From assembly GCA_963803805.1 (NCBI GenBank), contig CAWDOD010000003.1, positions 288,001 to 352,000 of the forward strand: a stretch of DNA of 64,000 bases, given 5' to 3'. Positions 43,121 to 53,889 of this stretch are shown piece after piece. The notes under the pieces are model-generated. The model did not search any database. It was not told where the DNA came from and saw only the letters and a list, made by a program, of their open reading frames with translations. Each line of letters opens with the position of its first letter. Within the stretch, counting starts at the first letter, position 1. The translations under genes were made by a program, and so were the position numbers. The stretch comes from an uncultured cyanobacterium (GTDB taxonomy: Bacteria; Cyanobacteriota; Cyanobacteriia; Cyanobacteriales; CAWCAG01).

Positions 43121-44044
43121 TTATTCTTCGCTATCGTTAGATTTCTCTTCACTACTAGCTTCAGGGGCTTCTTCACTATCGCTAGATGCCTCTTCACTAC
43201 TAGTTTCAGGTACTTCTTCAGCAACAGCTTCAGGTGTCTCTACACTAGCTTCAGGGGCTTCCTCAGCAACAGCTTCAGGTACTTCTTCATCTTCTTCCTC
43301 ATCATAATCAATAGCTTCTACTGCTTGTTCAAACTCTTCGTATTGCTCATCACTATCAACCTTACCGTGACGACCTTCGTAAATAGCGTCAGCTAGCTTA
43401 CCAATAATTAGTTTAATGGAACGAATCGCATCATCATTAGCAGGAATATGAACATCTGCTAAATCAGGATCACAGTTACTATCTAATAAAGAAACAAGGG
43501 GAAGTCCTAACTTTTGGCATTCCAAGATCGCATTGTATTCTCGGCGCTGATCCACAATTACGACAATATCGGGAATACCACGCATGGTTTTAATACCGCC
43601 CAGGTATTTTTCCAGTTTTCCTAATTCGCGACGTAAAACAGACCCTTCTTTTTTAGGTCTTCTTTCAATATTGCCGCTTTCTTCTAAAGCCTCAAGTTCT
43701 TTTAAGCGCTCAACTCTGGTTTTAATTGTTTCCCAGTTAGTGAGCATTCCACCTAGCCAACGCTGGTTAATATAGTAAGAACCACAGCGTTTAGCTTCTT
43801 CAGCAATAATTCCTGCTGCTTGGCGCTTAGTACCGACAAACAAAATTTTCTTACCTTGAGCAGAAGCGTTACGCATATAAATGTAAGCTTCTTCCATTAG
43901 TACAGCAGTTTGTACTAGATCAATGATATGGACACCATTACGGGAAGTGAAGATGTAAGGGTCCATTTTTGGGTTCCAACGGCGAGTTTGATGGCCAAAG
44001 TGAACCCCAGACTGTAGCATTTCTGCTAAAGAAACAACTGGCAT
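43121..44044 (-). CDS. rpsB: 30S ribosomal protein S2
   Basis: [24 protein letters not shown]; long acidic tail. Confidence 0.99.
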   Translation of the reverse strand: MPVVSLAEMLQSGVHFGHQTRRWNPKMDPYIFTSRNGVHIIDLVQTAVLMEEAYIYMRNASAQGKKILFVGTKRQAAGIIAEEAKRCGSYYINQRWLGGMLTNWETIKTRVERLKELEALEESGNIERRPKKEGSVLRRELGKLEKYLGGIKTMRGIPDIVVIVDQRREYNAILECQKLGLPLVSLLDSNCDPDLADVHIPANDDAIRSIKLIIGKLADAIYEGRHGKVDSDEQYEEFEQAVEAIDYDEEEDEEVPEAVAEEAPEASVETPEAVAEEVPETSSEEASSDSEEAPEASSEEKSNDSEE

Positions 44045-44055
44045 ATTTTAACTTT

Positions 44056-44130
44056 TCTCCTATTCGGGTTTATCCTCGCATCCAGGTGCATTCTTTTAAG
44101 TTAAAGAACACCCGAATTTCTGGATGTGTG
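44056..44130 (-). promoter_or_regulatory. rpsB 5' leader RNA (S2 autoregulatory / t44-like)
   Basis: CAUCCA/UGGAUG outer stem and GGUG.UUCUUU/AAAGAA..CACC inner stem; AUUCGGG can pair with CCCGAAU next to the AGGAG Shine-Dalgarno. Confidence 0.7.
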
Positions 44131-44637
44131 ATATTTATTCAAACAATCCCTCTATATTAACACGGTCTAGTAGGTCAAGGTTAGGGCAGTTGTTTAAAAC
44201 TATCTAAGCCGATAAACTCTAAAATATAAGAGGGAAAAATAAATCTACAATAGAATAATCTCATTAAAGGCAAAAAAGCCTTTTTATATCTGAGACTATA
44301 AATCCGCCTAATCTCAATTTTGCTCTAGTTTTACTAGGTCTTGATTAATTCAATCAAACCAAGATAACTTGACTATTTACATATAAAGCTCAATCAATAT
44401 AAGCCAAATTGAAATAAGCCGTTTATTTTAGTACATGGGGGAAATATTTGTCTTTCCATCTACATTTTTGTCTCTCCCTTAGACAATCCTGAAAGTACAC
44501 TTAATATCTGAAGAGAGAAAATATATCTAGATTTAGTATCACAGGTCGAATTTATTTCTAGTACTTAAGATTTCTTTTCTCTCCTAATTAAGAGTTTGAG
44601 TATTTTCTGTCCTTATTCAGAATCGGACAATCTTTTT

Positions 44638-45702
44638 ATGAAAAGGTTAATTTATATTAGTAAATTTGCTACATCTCTTAGTGAAGAACAAATTCGAGAG
44701 ATTGGTGAAACATCTCGTCGCAATAATTCTCGCTCTAATATCACAGGAATTTTGATTTGTTCTAGGGGGATATTTTTCCAAATCATTGAAGGAGAAAACT
44801 ATAGCATCGACAGGTTGTATGGCAAAATTCTGCAAGATAAACGCCATATAGACATAGTTTGTTTAAAAACAGAGGAAAACGTCAATTTTAGGATGTTTCC
44901 AGATTGGGCAATGGAAACTATCGATTTAGAGAATAATGCAGACGTTTTGCTTGTACCGATTAAAACCATGTTGAATACCATTACTGAGTCGCGAATCATT
45001 TTAGAAAAGTATACTCAACCTAGCTTACTGAAAATATTACAAAAAGGGATAAATCCTTTAGACGCGAAACCGCAAAAGGTGGAGAGAATTATTATGTTTT
45101 GCGACCTAATGTCTTTCTCTCATCTTACTGAAATAGTACCTGTTCAAGAAATCGTAGAAATTCTCAACCAGTACTTTACTATTTGTAGTTCAATTATTAA
45201 TCGTTGGGGAGGAGAAGTTAGCAAATTCATTGGTGATTGTGTCATGGCTTACTTCAATAGTGAACAAGGAGATGAGGCTCTTCAAGCTAGTTTAGAGATT
45301 ATTAATGAATTGGCTAAAGTCAGAGATAATGCACCTGCTGGTAGTGCGGCAAAAGTTCTTTATAGCGGTATTGGTTTAGCAAAAGGAACTGTGATTCAAG
45401 GCAACATTGGTTCTTCTGTTAAACAAGATTATACAATCATTGGTGATGCTGTGAATACTGCTCAAAGATTGGAAGCTTTAACCAGAGAATTACCTTACTT
45501 TATCGCTTTTTCTGCTGACGTTAAAAAAAGCTGCCGCTTATCTAGAGGGTTTGTGGAAGTAGGAAATTTTAAACCAAAAGGTAAGGAAGAAACTTTAACT
45601 ATTTATTCTCTTGATCGCCCTTTGAATCGCAAAACCACTAACCCTCATAAGTTATCAGTAAGGATTAATAAATCCTTGGATAGCATGAGTCTTAATGGGT
45701 AA
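44638..45702 (+). CDS. Photoactivated adenylyl cyclase (BLUF + class III cyclase)
   Basis: MKRLIYIS, ITGIL, FFQIIEG, D.RH, FPDWAM; cyclase motifs FCD, KFIGDC, DYTIIGDAVN.A.RLE; bPAC/OaPAC architecture; ATG at 44638. Confidence 0.93.
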   Translation: MKRLIYISKFATSLSEEQIREIGETSRRNNSRSNITGILICSRGIFFQIIEGENYSIDRLYGKILQDKRHIDIVCLKTEENVNFRMFPDWAMETIDLENNADVLLVPIKTMLNTITESRIILEKYTQPSLLKILQKGINPLDAKPQKVERIIMFCDLMSFSHLTEIVPVQEIVEILNQYFTICSSIINRWGGEVSKFIGDCVMAYFNSEQGDEALQASLEIINELAKVRDNAPAGSAAKVLYSGIGLAKGTVIQGNIGSSVKQDYTIIGDAVNTAQRLEALTRELPYFIAFSADVKKSCRLSRGFVEVGNFKPKGKEETLTIYSLDRPLNRKTTNPHKLSVRINKSLDSMSLNG

Positions 45703-45732
45703 AGGAAAATATTTAATAGTAGAAACTATTTT

Positions 45733-46557
45733 TTAGTTTAATTTGGAGGACTTACTAGAAGGTAACTTTGGGAAGATGCGATCGCACCAAAAAAGTGTTC
45801 CTGATGCGACACAAAAGGGGATGGTAAAGAAGTTGAGCAAGGGAATACTAATTAAGCCTAAACAAACTAAGCTAAAACTTGCGCTAGAAGGAAAACTTTT
45901 CCACGCTAAACCTAATTTATCACGAAAACTAAGACGACGGCGTTCTGCTGCGGCATCGGTGAAATCCAAGCAAGCAATTGTCGCAGCTAAAGTTGGATAA
46001 CCAATGGTAGAAATAATTGTCCCAGCCACAGGAATAAAGCCAATTAAGAACAGAGTCCCACCTACAATGATTAAGAGCAAAAGCTTTTTTAATTCAAACA
46101 TTAATGCTCGCCAAATATCTGTCCAAAAGCTAACTTCTATAGTATTAAGCTGCCCAAGACGTAATTCTTCAAGCTGTTCTGAAAGTTTTCCGTACCAAGG
46201 CGCACCTAAAATTGAGCCAAGGGTTAAAGTTACATAACCGACAATTAATAATAAGATAAAAACAAATAAAAAGCGTAGCAACCAACCTAAACCAATAATT
46301 AAAAAATCCAACCAACTCAACCATTGAGGTAAGTCAACTATCAGTTGATCTAAGCGATTAGCAAGAATAAGCATTAATTCGGTTATGCCTTGCCAACTTA
46401 CCAACAATAAACCTGTATAAAGGAGAATACCAATAACGAAGTTTACTAAAATAGGTGTTAGTATATAACCCCATAAACGAGGATGGCGACGGAAAATAGC
46501 TAAAGTTTGTAAAGGGTAGGTTGTACTCGTAAAAAATCCACTAAACTCTCGTAGCAT
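45733..46557 (-). CDS. EI24/CysZ-like membrane protein
   Basis: Multi-TM, APWY..LSE..E, IPLLN...P. Confidence 0.8.
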   Translation of the reverse strand: MLREFSGFFTSTTYPLQTLAIFRRHPRLWGYILTPILVNFVIGILLYTGLLLVSWQGITELMLILANRLDQLIVDLPQWLSWLDFLIIGLGWLLRFLFVFILLLIVGYVTLTLGSILGAPWYGKLSEQLEELRLGQLNTIEVSFWTDIWRALMFELKKLLLLIIVGGTLFLIGFIPVAGTIISTIGYPTLAATIACLDFTDAAAERRRLSFRDKLGLAWKSFPSSASFSLVCLGLISIPLLNFFTIPFCVASGTLFWCDRIFPKLPSSKSSKLN

Positions 46558-46587
46558 AATTTGCAGTTAATCGATAATTAGCAATTA

Positions 46588-49500
46588 TCAAAGCATAACA
46601 GTAGCACCATCATCATTTTCATCTTCTTCGTCTTCTTCATCTTCAATCGGCATCAATTCTTCTAAAGCTTGAGTATTTTCTCCACCTCCAGTAGCCGTGC
46701 CAAAAGAAGTATCATCCCAAGCACTTTTCGGTAAAAGAGGTTCCCCTTCTACACTTTCAATCATCCAAGTAACTCCTTCTTGAACTTCAGGGAATTCATT
46801 TTCTTCCTGTTCCTCTGTTCCTGCCACAAAACTTAAAGAACCAAGATATTTCTCATACTCTTCAACAGAAAATAATGCTCCACTATTAGTAGCAAAAATT
46901 TGATTTGCCTCATCTAATTTTGCTGCAAACAAACAGACATTTTTAAGCTTCGCGCCAGCTAAATTTGCTCCTAAAAGATTAGCTCCAGCTAAATCTGCCC
47001 CTTCTAAGTTAGCGTTGTTGAAATTAGCTTTTGTAAGGTTAGCTCCAGCTAAATAAGTCCAAGTTAAATTAGCATCTTTGAAGTTAGCTTCAGCCAAGTT
47101 GGCATCTCTTAATTCTGCCAAAGAAAGGTTTGCTTTCTTAAAATTAGCTTGAGGCAAAACTAAGTTAGGCAGACTAGCACTTACTAGCTGTATTTTGGTT
47201 AAATTATCTCGGATTCTTGTAGCCAAGCGAGAATGGGAAAGAACCATACTTTGCCCCATAAAAAGTAATAACCTTTGAGAATCAAAATATTCAGGCTGTT
47301 CAGGGTTGCCACAGGGAAAGAAAGGTATTGAGGCTAAACGAGAAGTTACGCATAGTAAAATAAAAGTATTAAGTCCTACGGCTGCGTTAATTTGTAAAAG
47401 ATTCAAAGAATTACCTAACTTCTTCAGTTGACTATGAACTTGGCTAACTACTCCTTCATCAAGCCATTTACCATAGCAATAACCTTGATAAAAAGAGTAC
47501 AGCCTTGCAAATAGAACCGCAAAAGAGAAATCAGCCTGATTTTTCTGCTCCTCTCGCCAAAGACGTTCAACTAACAAATTTTGCATTTCTACAGATAAAA
47601 TACCATGCCCCAAATACGGATAAAGATATTGGGCAACTTCCCCAGAAGAATCGAGAACAAAACTTATTTCTCCGTAGCGATCACGAACTTGAGCCGTAAT
47701 TTGCATCAGTTTTTGAGCAATTTCTTCGGCACTAAGAAACTCCCCTAAACTAGCATGGGTAAAGGTAATGGGTAAACTAGGATGAGGAATAGGCGGAATT
47801 GGATTAGGAACAGGTAAAGTTGGTTCAGCTTGGGGGGAAGGCAAAGAATGAAAGAAGAATGCCGGCAATGGATAAGAAATATCTTCTTTCTTTTCACTAA
47901 TCGTCCAACTCCAATCTCCGGTTTGCCAAATTTTGAAAGCCAACTGCTGTATATCAGCACGAATTTGCTCTGGATCTCGACCCCCTAATAAATGAGCAAT
48001 AGCTTCTGGGGTGCGATAGGCATGGGCTAAACCCTCCCTAACTAATTCTGGCATTTGGTTACTGCCGGGGTAAGGCTGGCCAAGTAACCAACGACAAGTC
48101 CGATCATAAATCTCAAACTTCGCTTGGGGCAGCTTCATTTGCAATAGATTCTCTTCTAATAAGCCGTCTCGATACAAAATCCCTAAAATATAAAGCATCC
48201 AAGGTTGGCGTACTAAGGTAGCTATAGGCTTTTCTTGGGGCCCTTTAGTAAATAATCCCTCTTGTTTTAAAAAAGAAAAATAGGCTTGGGCGATCGCTGG
48301 GGATTGAACATTTTTCCAGTAAATGAACCACTTACGCCATTCTTCTTGGGCCATAGGCTGAATTTGTACCCGTTGTATTTGATTATGTGCGACAAAAACT
48401 TTATTTGCCCTATATTTGCGATTGAGAATTTCTGGGGTTAGCTGCTTAGCTGTCAGCATAATTTTGTGCTTTCTCGGAGGCTGACTAGCAAGGCATTGAC
48501 TATGAAAATAGAAAATTTGCTCTAGTAATACTTCAGGAGTAGGACGAAACCTTTGGGGATGGGGAGGAAGTTCATCTAAACCATCTAAAATCAAAAGACA
48601 AGGAATAGCGCTATTTCCTAACCAGCCGTCGGTATCCCTAAAATTAGCTAGGGGAAAAGCGGAATCGAGGGTTTGCTCTAAATTTTCTCCTAATCTTACT
48701 TCCCGTAGGCGAATCACCACAGGCATCCATTCCGGATAAAGTTCTTGGGCAACCTGGGCTGCCCAAATCTGGCAAAAGCTGGTTTTACCAAATCCTGATT
48801 CTCCTTCTACAACACCAATAGTTTTAGGATCTTCGAGTTGAGATTCAGCCCACTCCATTAAATCAACCTGGCGGCGGGCTTCGGTTACTTCGATCTCATC
48901 CCCTCGTAGAGTTATCGCTTTTAAGGGTACATAAATATCTTTTAAAGCAAAGGGATCTGCCATTAAAGGTTGGCTGAGATTTTTCAGCAATTGGGCGCGA
49001 TATTCTTCCCTTTGTTGATTAATCACAAACTCGTCGCTAACTAAGCGAGGATCAAAATCTTCGCTTTCTGCTTGTTGTCTGCGTCTTTCACTAAACTTGC
49101 CTAAGCCAGCAAATTTTTGTAGTTGAGCCAGGGCAAGGGTATTTTCGGTAATGGTAGTTAGTAAATGCCCCGGTAAGCCATTAACTAAGCGTTGGGTAAT
49201 TAGTTTAGCTTCAGTTTCTTCTGTACCATTGGCAATAAACCAGGCAGTAGCTAAATTATTCATTTGCTTGACTAACAAAGAATTGCCAATAGTAGAGAGG
49301 GCTTGTTCTGCTTGAGTATCGCTAAGTTTCCCTGGCCGTAAAGTTTTGAGGAAAGCTTGGAGTTGAATATCGATTAGGGGTTCATCAAAATCCTCTTCCC
49401 TCATTAAATGAGTACGATTAATCCAAGGTCTTCTAATGGCTGCTTCCTGTTCTAAAATCTGCTGTAAGGCATTGAGATAAGCTACCTGAAAGGCTAGCCA

Positions 49501-49773
49501 AGTACCCTCAGAACGCCGTAAGGGTTTTTTACGATTGAGAAGGCGTAATACTGATTGAGTAAGCTGGGCAACAGGCTTAGCTATTTGCCAAGCGGAAATT
49601 AAAGGTAATTCTAAAACATCCGTCAGGGAACAGAGATCAAAAGGAGTCAAGCTTTTGACACTCATATCTTGAACCATACGAAAAGCAATACTAGACACCT
49701 CTGCACCGGGGTGTCCTAATTGTGCGAGTTTAATGTGGCGTTCTGCTAACCACTGCTTAATCTTTAGGCTCAT
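46588..49773 (-). CDS. NACHT NTPase with pentapeptide repeats
   Basis: Walker A GESGFGKT, Walker B LILDGLDE, FTHASLGEFL, A(N/D)L.. repeats, acidic tail. Confidence 0.88.
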   Translation of the reverse strand: MSLKIKQWLAERHIKLAQLGHPGAEVSSIAFRMVQDMSVKSLTPFDLCSLTDVLELPLISAWQIAKPVAQLTQSVLRLLNRKKPLRRSEGTWLAFQVAYLNALQQILEQEAAIRRPWINRTHLMREEDFDEPLIDIQLQAFLKTLRPGKLSDTQAEQALSTIGNSLLVKQMNNLATAWFIANGTEETEAKLITQRLVNGLPGHLLTTITENTLALAQLQKFAGLGKFSERRRQQAESEDFDPRLVSDEFVINQQREEYRAQLLKNLSQPLMADPFALKDIYVPLKAITLRGDEIEVTEARRQVDLMEWAESQLEDPKTIGVVEGESGFGKTSFCQIWAAQVAQELYPEWMPVVIRLREVRLGENLEQTLDSAFPLANFRDTDGWLGNSAIPCLLILDGLDELPPHPQRFRPTPEVLLEQIFYFHSQCLASQPPRKHKIMLTAKQLTPEILNRKYRANKVFVAHNQIQRVQIQPMAQEEWRKWFIYWKNVQSPAIAQAYFSFLKQEGLFTKGPQEKPIATLVRQPWMLYILGILYRDGLLEENLLQMKLPQAKFEIYDRTCRWLLGQPYPGSNQMPELVREGLAHAYRTPEAIAHLLGGRDPEQIRADIQQLAFKIWQTGDWSWTISEKKEDISYPLPAFFFHSLPSPQAEPTLPVPNPIPPIPHPSLPITFTHASLGEFLSAEEIAQKLMQITAQVRDRYGEISFVLDSSGEVAQYLYPYLGHGILSVEMQNLLVERLWREEQKNQADFSFAVLFARLYSFYQGYCYGKWLDEGVVSQVHSQLKKLGNSLNLLQINAAVGLNTFILLCVTSRLASIPFFPCGNPEQPEYFDSQRLLLFMGQSMVLSHSRLATRIRDNLTKIQLVSASLPNLVLPQANFKKANLSLAELRDANLAEANFKDANLTWTYLAGANLTKANFNNANLEGADLAGANLLGANLAGAKLKNVCLFAAKLDEANQIFATNSGALFSVEEYEKYLGSLSFVAGTEEQEENEFPEVQEGVTWMIESVEGEPLLPKSAWDDTSFGTATGGGENTQALEELMPIEDEEDEEDENDDGATVML

Positions 49774-49980
49774 ATAAATTTAATAATTCTAATACTGCGC
49801 CCAGCTTGATTTTTAAACTTAATACAATATGACAAGTCAGAAATACTTGCCATTAACTCTTTCTTCGTAGTTAATTACTAGTATTGGGCAACAAAGTCTT
49901 GACTGTTAATTTCGGAATAAGCATTCCGGTTTTCTGTTCTCGGTCATTGATTATTCTTTAATGGCAGTAAGCTCCTATCC

Positions 49981-51786
49981 GTGGTCAAAAGACATCGTGT
50001 ATCTACAAATATTCAGTCCCGCAAACGACGGGGACGTAAAGTTATCAGGTTAACAGAGTTAACTTCTGTATCTACTGAGCAAACCAAACAGGGCCAGAAA
50101 AAGCAAATTCTCGTCCGCAAATATGATCATAAACCTCAAAAAAAAGGTGGCTATTGGCCCTTGTTATTTTTTTGGTTTAATGTACTCCTAATTGTGGGAG
50201 GAAGTGCCTCTTTGGGTATTTTATGGTTAACTAAGTTACCACCCCAGGTAGATTGCCGAGAACTATCCCCTTTAGCGGCAGATAGCGATCGCCTATTTTG
50301 TGTCCAAAAAGCAGCAGAGTCAGGAGAGTTGGCCTCTCTTGCCCAGGCAATTAATTTAGTAGCACCTTGGCAACAAAATCATCCTCTTTATCCTGAAGCT
50401 CAACGTTTATTAGGAACTTGGTCAGGGGAAGTTTTAAAAATGGCCCGGGAAAAAATTAGCCGAGGTCAATTTGAAACTGCTGTGGCTACAGCAAAAAAAA
50501 TTCCCGTTACAAGTCCTTTATACCCTGAAGCTCAAGCGGCGATCGCTGCTTGGGAACATCAGTGGCAGTTAGGAAAAGAAGTTATTACCCAATTTGAGAA
50601 TGCCCTTAAAAACCAAAACTGGCAACAAGCGACTCAATTACTGCCTGAACTTTCTCAATTGAAGATGAAATACTGGCAAGAAGTTGGTATTGATGAGTTG
50701 ATGGTTAGATTGACGAAAGAAAAGTCTGCTTGGCAGCAGTTACAGGACGCTCAGGAAATTGCCAAACCTAATACTCCTCAAGCTTTAGGAGAAGCGATCG
50801 CCTTAATTGGCAAAATTGGGGCCCAAACCTATGCTAAAGCTGAAGGGGAAAGAGTGCAAAATATTTGGGGACGCAAGTTGTTAACCATTACAGGAGAACT
50901 TGTTAATAAACAGAAGTTCCTTGAAGCCGTTGCTGTAGCGAACTATATTCCCTCTAATAGTAAACTTTATGGAGAGGCGGAAGATTGGATTGCTTTAAGC
51001 CAGGCTTCCCAAATGGCTCAAAAACAAAATATTATTACCTATTTAGATGCTTTAGCTGGTTTAGAGAAAATTGATAGCCAAAGTCCTATTTATCAAAAAG
51101 CTCAAGAAAAAGCAGCTCAATGGCAAGGTCAATTGCAAGCTAAAATGCAACTGAGACTTGCTCGTACTACCGCTCAGTTAGGTTATAAGCATAGTTTGGA
51201 TTTAGCAGTAGCCCAAGCCCAAAAAATCGAGCCAGGAAGCCCCGGAAGAATAGAAGCCCAAACCTGGATTGCTAAATGGCGCAAAGATTTGGCTTTCATT
51301 GAAGATCGTTTTATTTTAGCAGAGGCCAAAAAAATTGCCGTTGGGGGTAATATAGATGCCTTGAAAGGGGGTATTATTAAAGCCCAGGAAATTATTAAGG
51401 GTCGCCCTTTGCGCATTGAAGCTCAAACCTGGATCGCTTGGTGGGACAAAGAAGTTAAAATTCTTGAAGACCAACCGACCCTAGATTTAGCGAAAGGATT
51501 TGCTCAACGAGGTGAATGGGAAACAGCGATTAAGACAGTACAAAAAATTAGCTCTAACCGCCCCCTCTATCCAGAAGCCCAAAGCCTAGCAGTACAATGG
51601 TCACAAGCAATTAAACAAGCCCAAGATCGCGAAATCTTACAAACCGCCACAATTTTAGCTCAACAAGGCGACCTTAAAGGGGCTATTACCCAAGCTAGCG
51701 TAATTCAAGCTAGCCGCCCTCTTTACCCTGAAGCACAAATTGCGATCGCCGCTTGGAAACTACAGTTACAGAATGAAAACCCTTGA
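49981..51786 (+). CDS. Membrane-anchored helical repeat protein
   Basis: One TM helix, then repeated I....PLYPEAQ....W units. Confidence 0.75.
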   Translation: MVKRHRVSTNIQSRKRRGRKVIRLTELTSVSTEQTKQGQKKQILVRKYDHKPQKKGGYWPLLFFWFNVLLIVGGSASLGILWLTKLPPQVDCRELSPLAADSDRLFCVQKAAESGELASLAQAINLVAPWQQNHPLYPEAQRLLGTWSGEVLKMAREKISRGQFETAVATAKKIPVTSPLYPEAQAAIAAWEHQWQLGKEVITQFENALKNQNWQQATQLLPELSQLKMKYWQEVGIDELMVRLTKEKSAWQQLQDAQEIAKPNTPQALGEAIALIGKIGAQTYAKAEGERVQNIWGRKLLTITGELVNKQKFLEAVAVANYIPSNSKLYGEAEDWIALSQASQMAQKQNIITYLDALAGLEKIDSQSPIYQKAQEKAAQWQGQLQAKMQLRLARTTAQLGYKHSLDLAVAQAQKIEPGSPGRIEAQTWIAKWRKDLAFIEDRFILAEAKKIAVGGNIDALKGGIIKAQEIIKGRPLRIEAQTWIAWWDKEVKILEDQPTLDLAKGFAQRGEWETAIKTVQKISSNRPLYPEAQSLAVQWSQAIKQAQDREILQTATILAQQGDLKGAITQASVIQASRPLYPEAQIAIAAWKLQLQNENP

Positions 51787-51915
51787 GTCTGTTAATCTGT
51801 AGTATCAGGGTTTTCGCTGGTTACTAGTTGCTAATTGCTAATTGCTAGCTGATAACTGATGCCTAACAGCAACGGCAAGCCGTACATTGATCATTGATTC
51901 CTACTCCCTTCTCAA

Positions 51916-53610
51916 ATGAGCGACGATAAAATCAAGCTAGTTCTCATTGATGATGATCCTGTCTTCCAATTGGGTCTATCTGCGGCTTTCCAAGCTTATA
52001 CGGATTTGGAAATTGTCGGCAGAGGGGAAATGTCTAAGTGGGCAGAAATATTGGCTTCTTTGGGGCAGAATAGCCATTTGGTAATTTTGTTAGCCTCTGG
52101 AGATGATTTTCCTGGACAGCTATGTCAACAAATGCAACAAGATTATCCCCTGGGAAAAATTTTGTTGTTATTAACTCAAGCAAATTTAGAACTACAAACT
52201 ACTGCGAAAGCATCAGGAGTTGTAGGTTATTGTCTCAAAGGGATTGCGATCGCCGATTTAGTTGCAGCTATTCGTCTAGTTGCTTCAGGGCAAGAATATT
52301 GGAGCCAATCATCTCCTTCTCCTTATACCCTCAAAAATCCCTTACCCAAGCCTGTACGCCCTCCACAATGGCTGTACAATATGCGTCAATCGGGGTTACA
52401 ACAAATTGAAGATAGCCTCGTTCAAGTTAAGAGTTTTTTACAAAAACCCCAGTTAACTTTGGTGGATCTTTGGTATTGGCAAGGTAGGCATCGAGAGTTA
52501 GTTGCTGCACGGTGGTTAGTTAATCAGCTTTTACCTGTAGAAGTTATTCTTGAACCAGCTAATAATCAAGCGAATTCCCAATCTTCTACTTCCTTAGTCG
52601 CTTCTCAGCAATTTTTGTTAGCAGAAACTTCAGCTAATTTGACGACTTCTCAATTATTGTTTGCTAACACCTTAGAAAAAATTCAATCAGGGGTAAAAAA
52701 TACCACAGATCAAGTTCTTGAGATCGATGTTCTCCGGGAAGATAAAAAGCAGGAATTGCTTTATTTGGTTTTACAACAGGTAGGTAAGACCCTTGAAGAA
52801 TTAACTTTTTTGAAGATTGATTCAGAGCAATTATCTCAACGAAGAGAAGCAATTTTGCGACAAGTTTGGCAATCTGCCACCACAGAATTTTTTAGTAAGT
52901 ATTATATTCCTAAATCTAATCAACCTGATTATCGTCTTGTGGACTTCTTGCTACGGGATGCAGAAACTTTTATCTCTACAAGCAAAGAAAAAATCCCTTT
53001 TGTTATTGAATTACTGGCTTATTTAAGCCAAGAAAAGCCCTTAATTATTGATAATATTCCCTATCCCCTGGCAGCACCTGAATCATTAGCTAGGGCAGAG
53101 ATAATTTTACATAACTTGATTATTCAATTAGCGAATGGAGTTATGGAACTACTCTTAAATAACTATCCAGAAGCAGAAACTATTAAATATAATCTTTATC
53201 AAAAGCGCTTCTTTTCTTCGCGAGAAATCGCCCGGTTTCGTAACGACCTTTCTTGGCGATATCGTCAAGAATACTATCTCAATCAACCCAAAGCAATATT
53301 TGAAAGTAAGTATAGGTTATTTTATTTTAACGGTATTAGTTTAAAGAAAATTTTTATTTATGGCTCTCGCCAAAACGAACTTGATCAACTCACCGGTTTA
53401 CCTTGGTTAATTACGATCATTTTAGAAACACGAGATGCGATCGCACCTCGTGTTAGGGCTTTAGTTGGTTTAATTGGCAACGGCGCTGTATATATTTTGA
53501 CCCAAGTGGTTGGTAAAGGAATTGGTTTAATTGGACGCGGTATTATTCAAGGGGTTGGTAATAGTTTGCAAGAGACAAGATATGGTAAAAATGAACAAAG
53601 AGGAAAGTGA
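51916..53610 (+). CDS. Receiver-like domain + DUF3685 (Ycf55-like)
   Basis: LIDDD..F.LGL, GYCLKG; SSREIARFRN.LSW, LE.RDAIAPR, IGRGI.QG. Confidence 0.85.
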   Translation: MSDDKIKLVLIDDDPVFQLGLSAAFQAYTDLEIVGRGEMSKWAEILASLGQNSHLVILLASGDDFPGQLCQQMQQDYPLGKILLLLTQANLELQTTAKASGVVGYCLKGIAIADLVAAIRLVASGQEYWSQSSPSPYTLKNPLPKPVRPPQWLYNMRQSGLQQIEDSLVQVKSFLQKPQLTLVDLWYWQGRHRELVAARWLVNQLLPVEVILEPANNQANSQSSTSLVASQQFLLAETSANLTTSQLLFANTLEKIQSGVKNTTDQVLEIDVLREDKKQELLYLVLQQVGKTLEELTFLKIDSEQLSQRREAILRQVWQSATTEFFSKYYIPKSNQPDYRLVDFLLRDAETFISTSKEKIPFVIELLAYLSQEKPLIIDNIPYPLAAPESLARAEIILHNLIIQLANGVMELLLNNYPEAETIKYNLYQKRFFSSREIARFRNDLSWRYRQEYYLNQPKAIFESKYRLFYFNGISLKKIFIYGSRQNELDQLTGLPWLITIILETRDAIAPRVRALVGLIGNGAVYILTQVVGKGIGLIGRGIIQGVGNSLQETRYGKNEQRGK

Positions 53611-53730
53611 TATAAAATTTGTTTTAGCATGGTTGTGGCAAGTAAGCGTCCTTTAAATGAAGTTTACTAACCCTTGGGCTTACTTCTCCTGTTGACAATA
53701 TTTTCAGTACGACGATACTCGGTGCATTAA

Positions 53731-53889
53731 GTAGGGTGTGTTAGGTGCGTAAACAAAAAATTAATGTATACAATTACATTTGATGTAGCACCGTAACGCA
53801 CCAATATAGTAAAAAGTGGTGCGTTACGGCACAATATATTTCTTTTTGATAAGAAGAAAAATTACTCTAATGTGCCTAACACGCCCTAC
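53731..53889. repeat. REPIN-like paired inverted REP
   Basis: GTAGGGTGTGTTAGG...CCGTAACGCACC / GGTGCGTTACGG...CCTAACACGCCCTAC. Confidence 0.85.
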
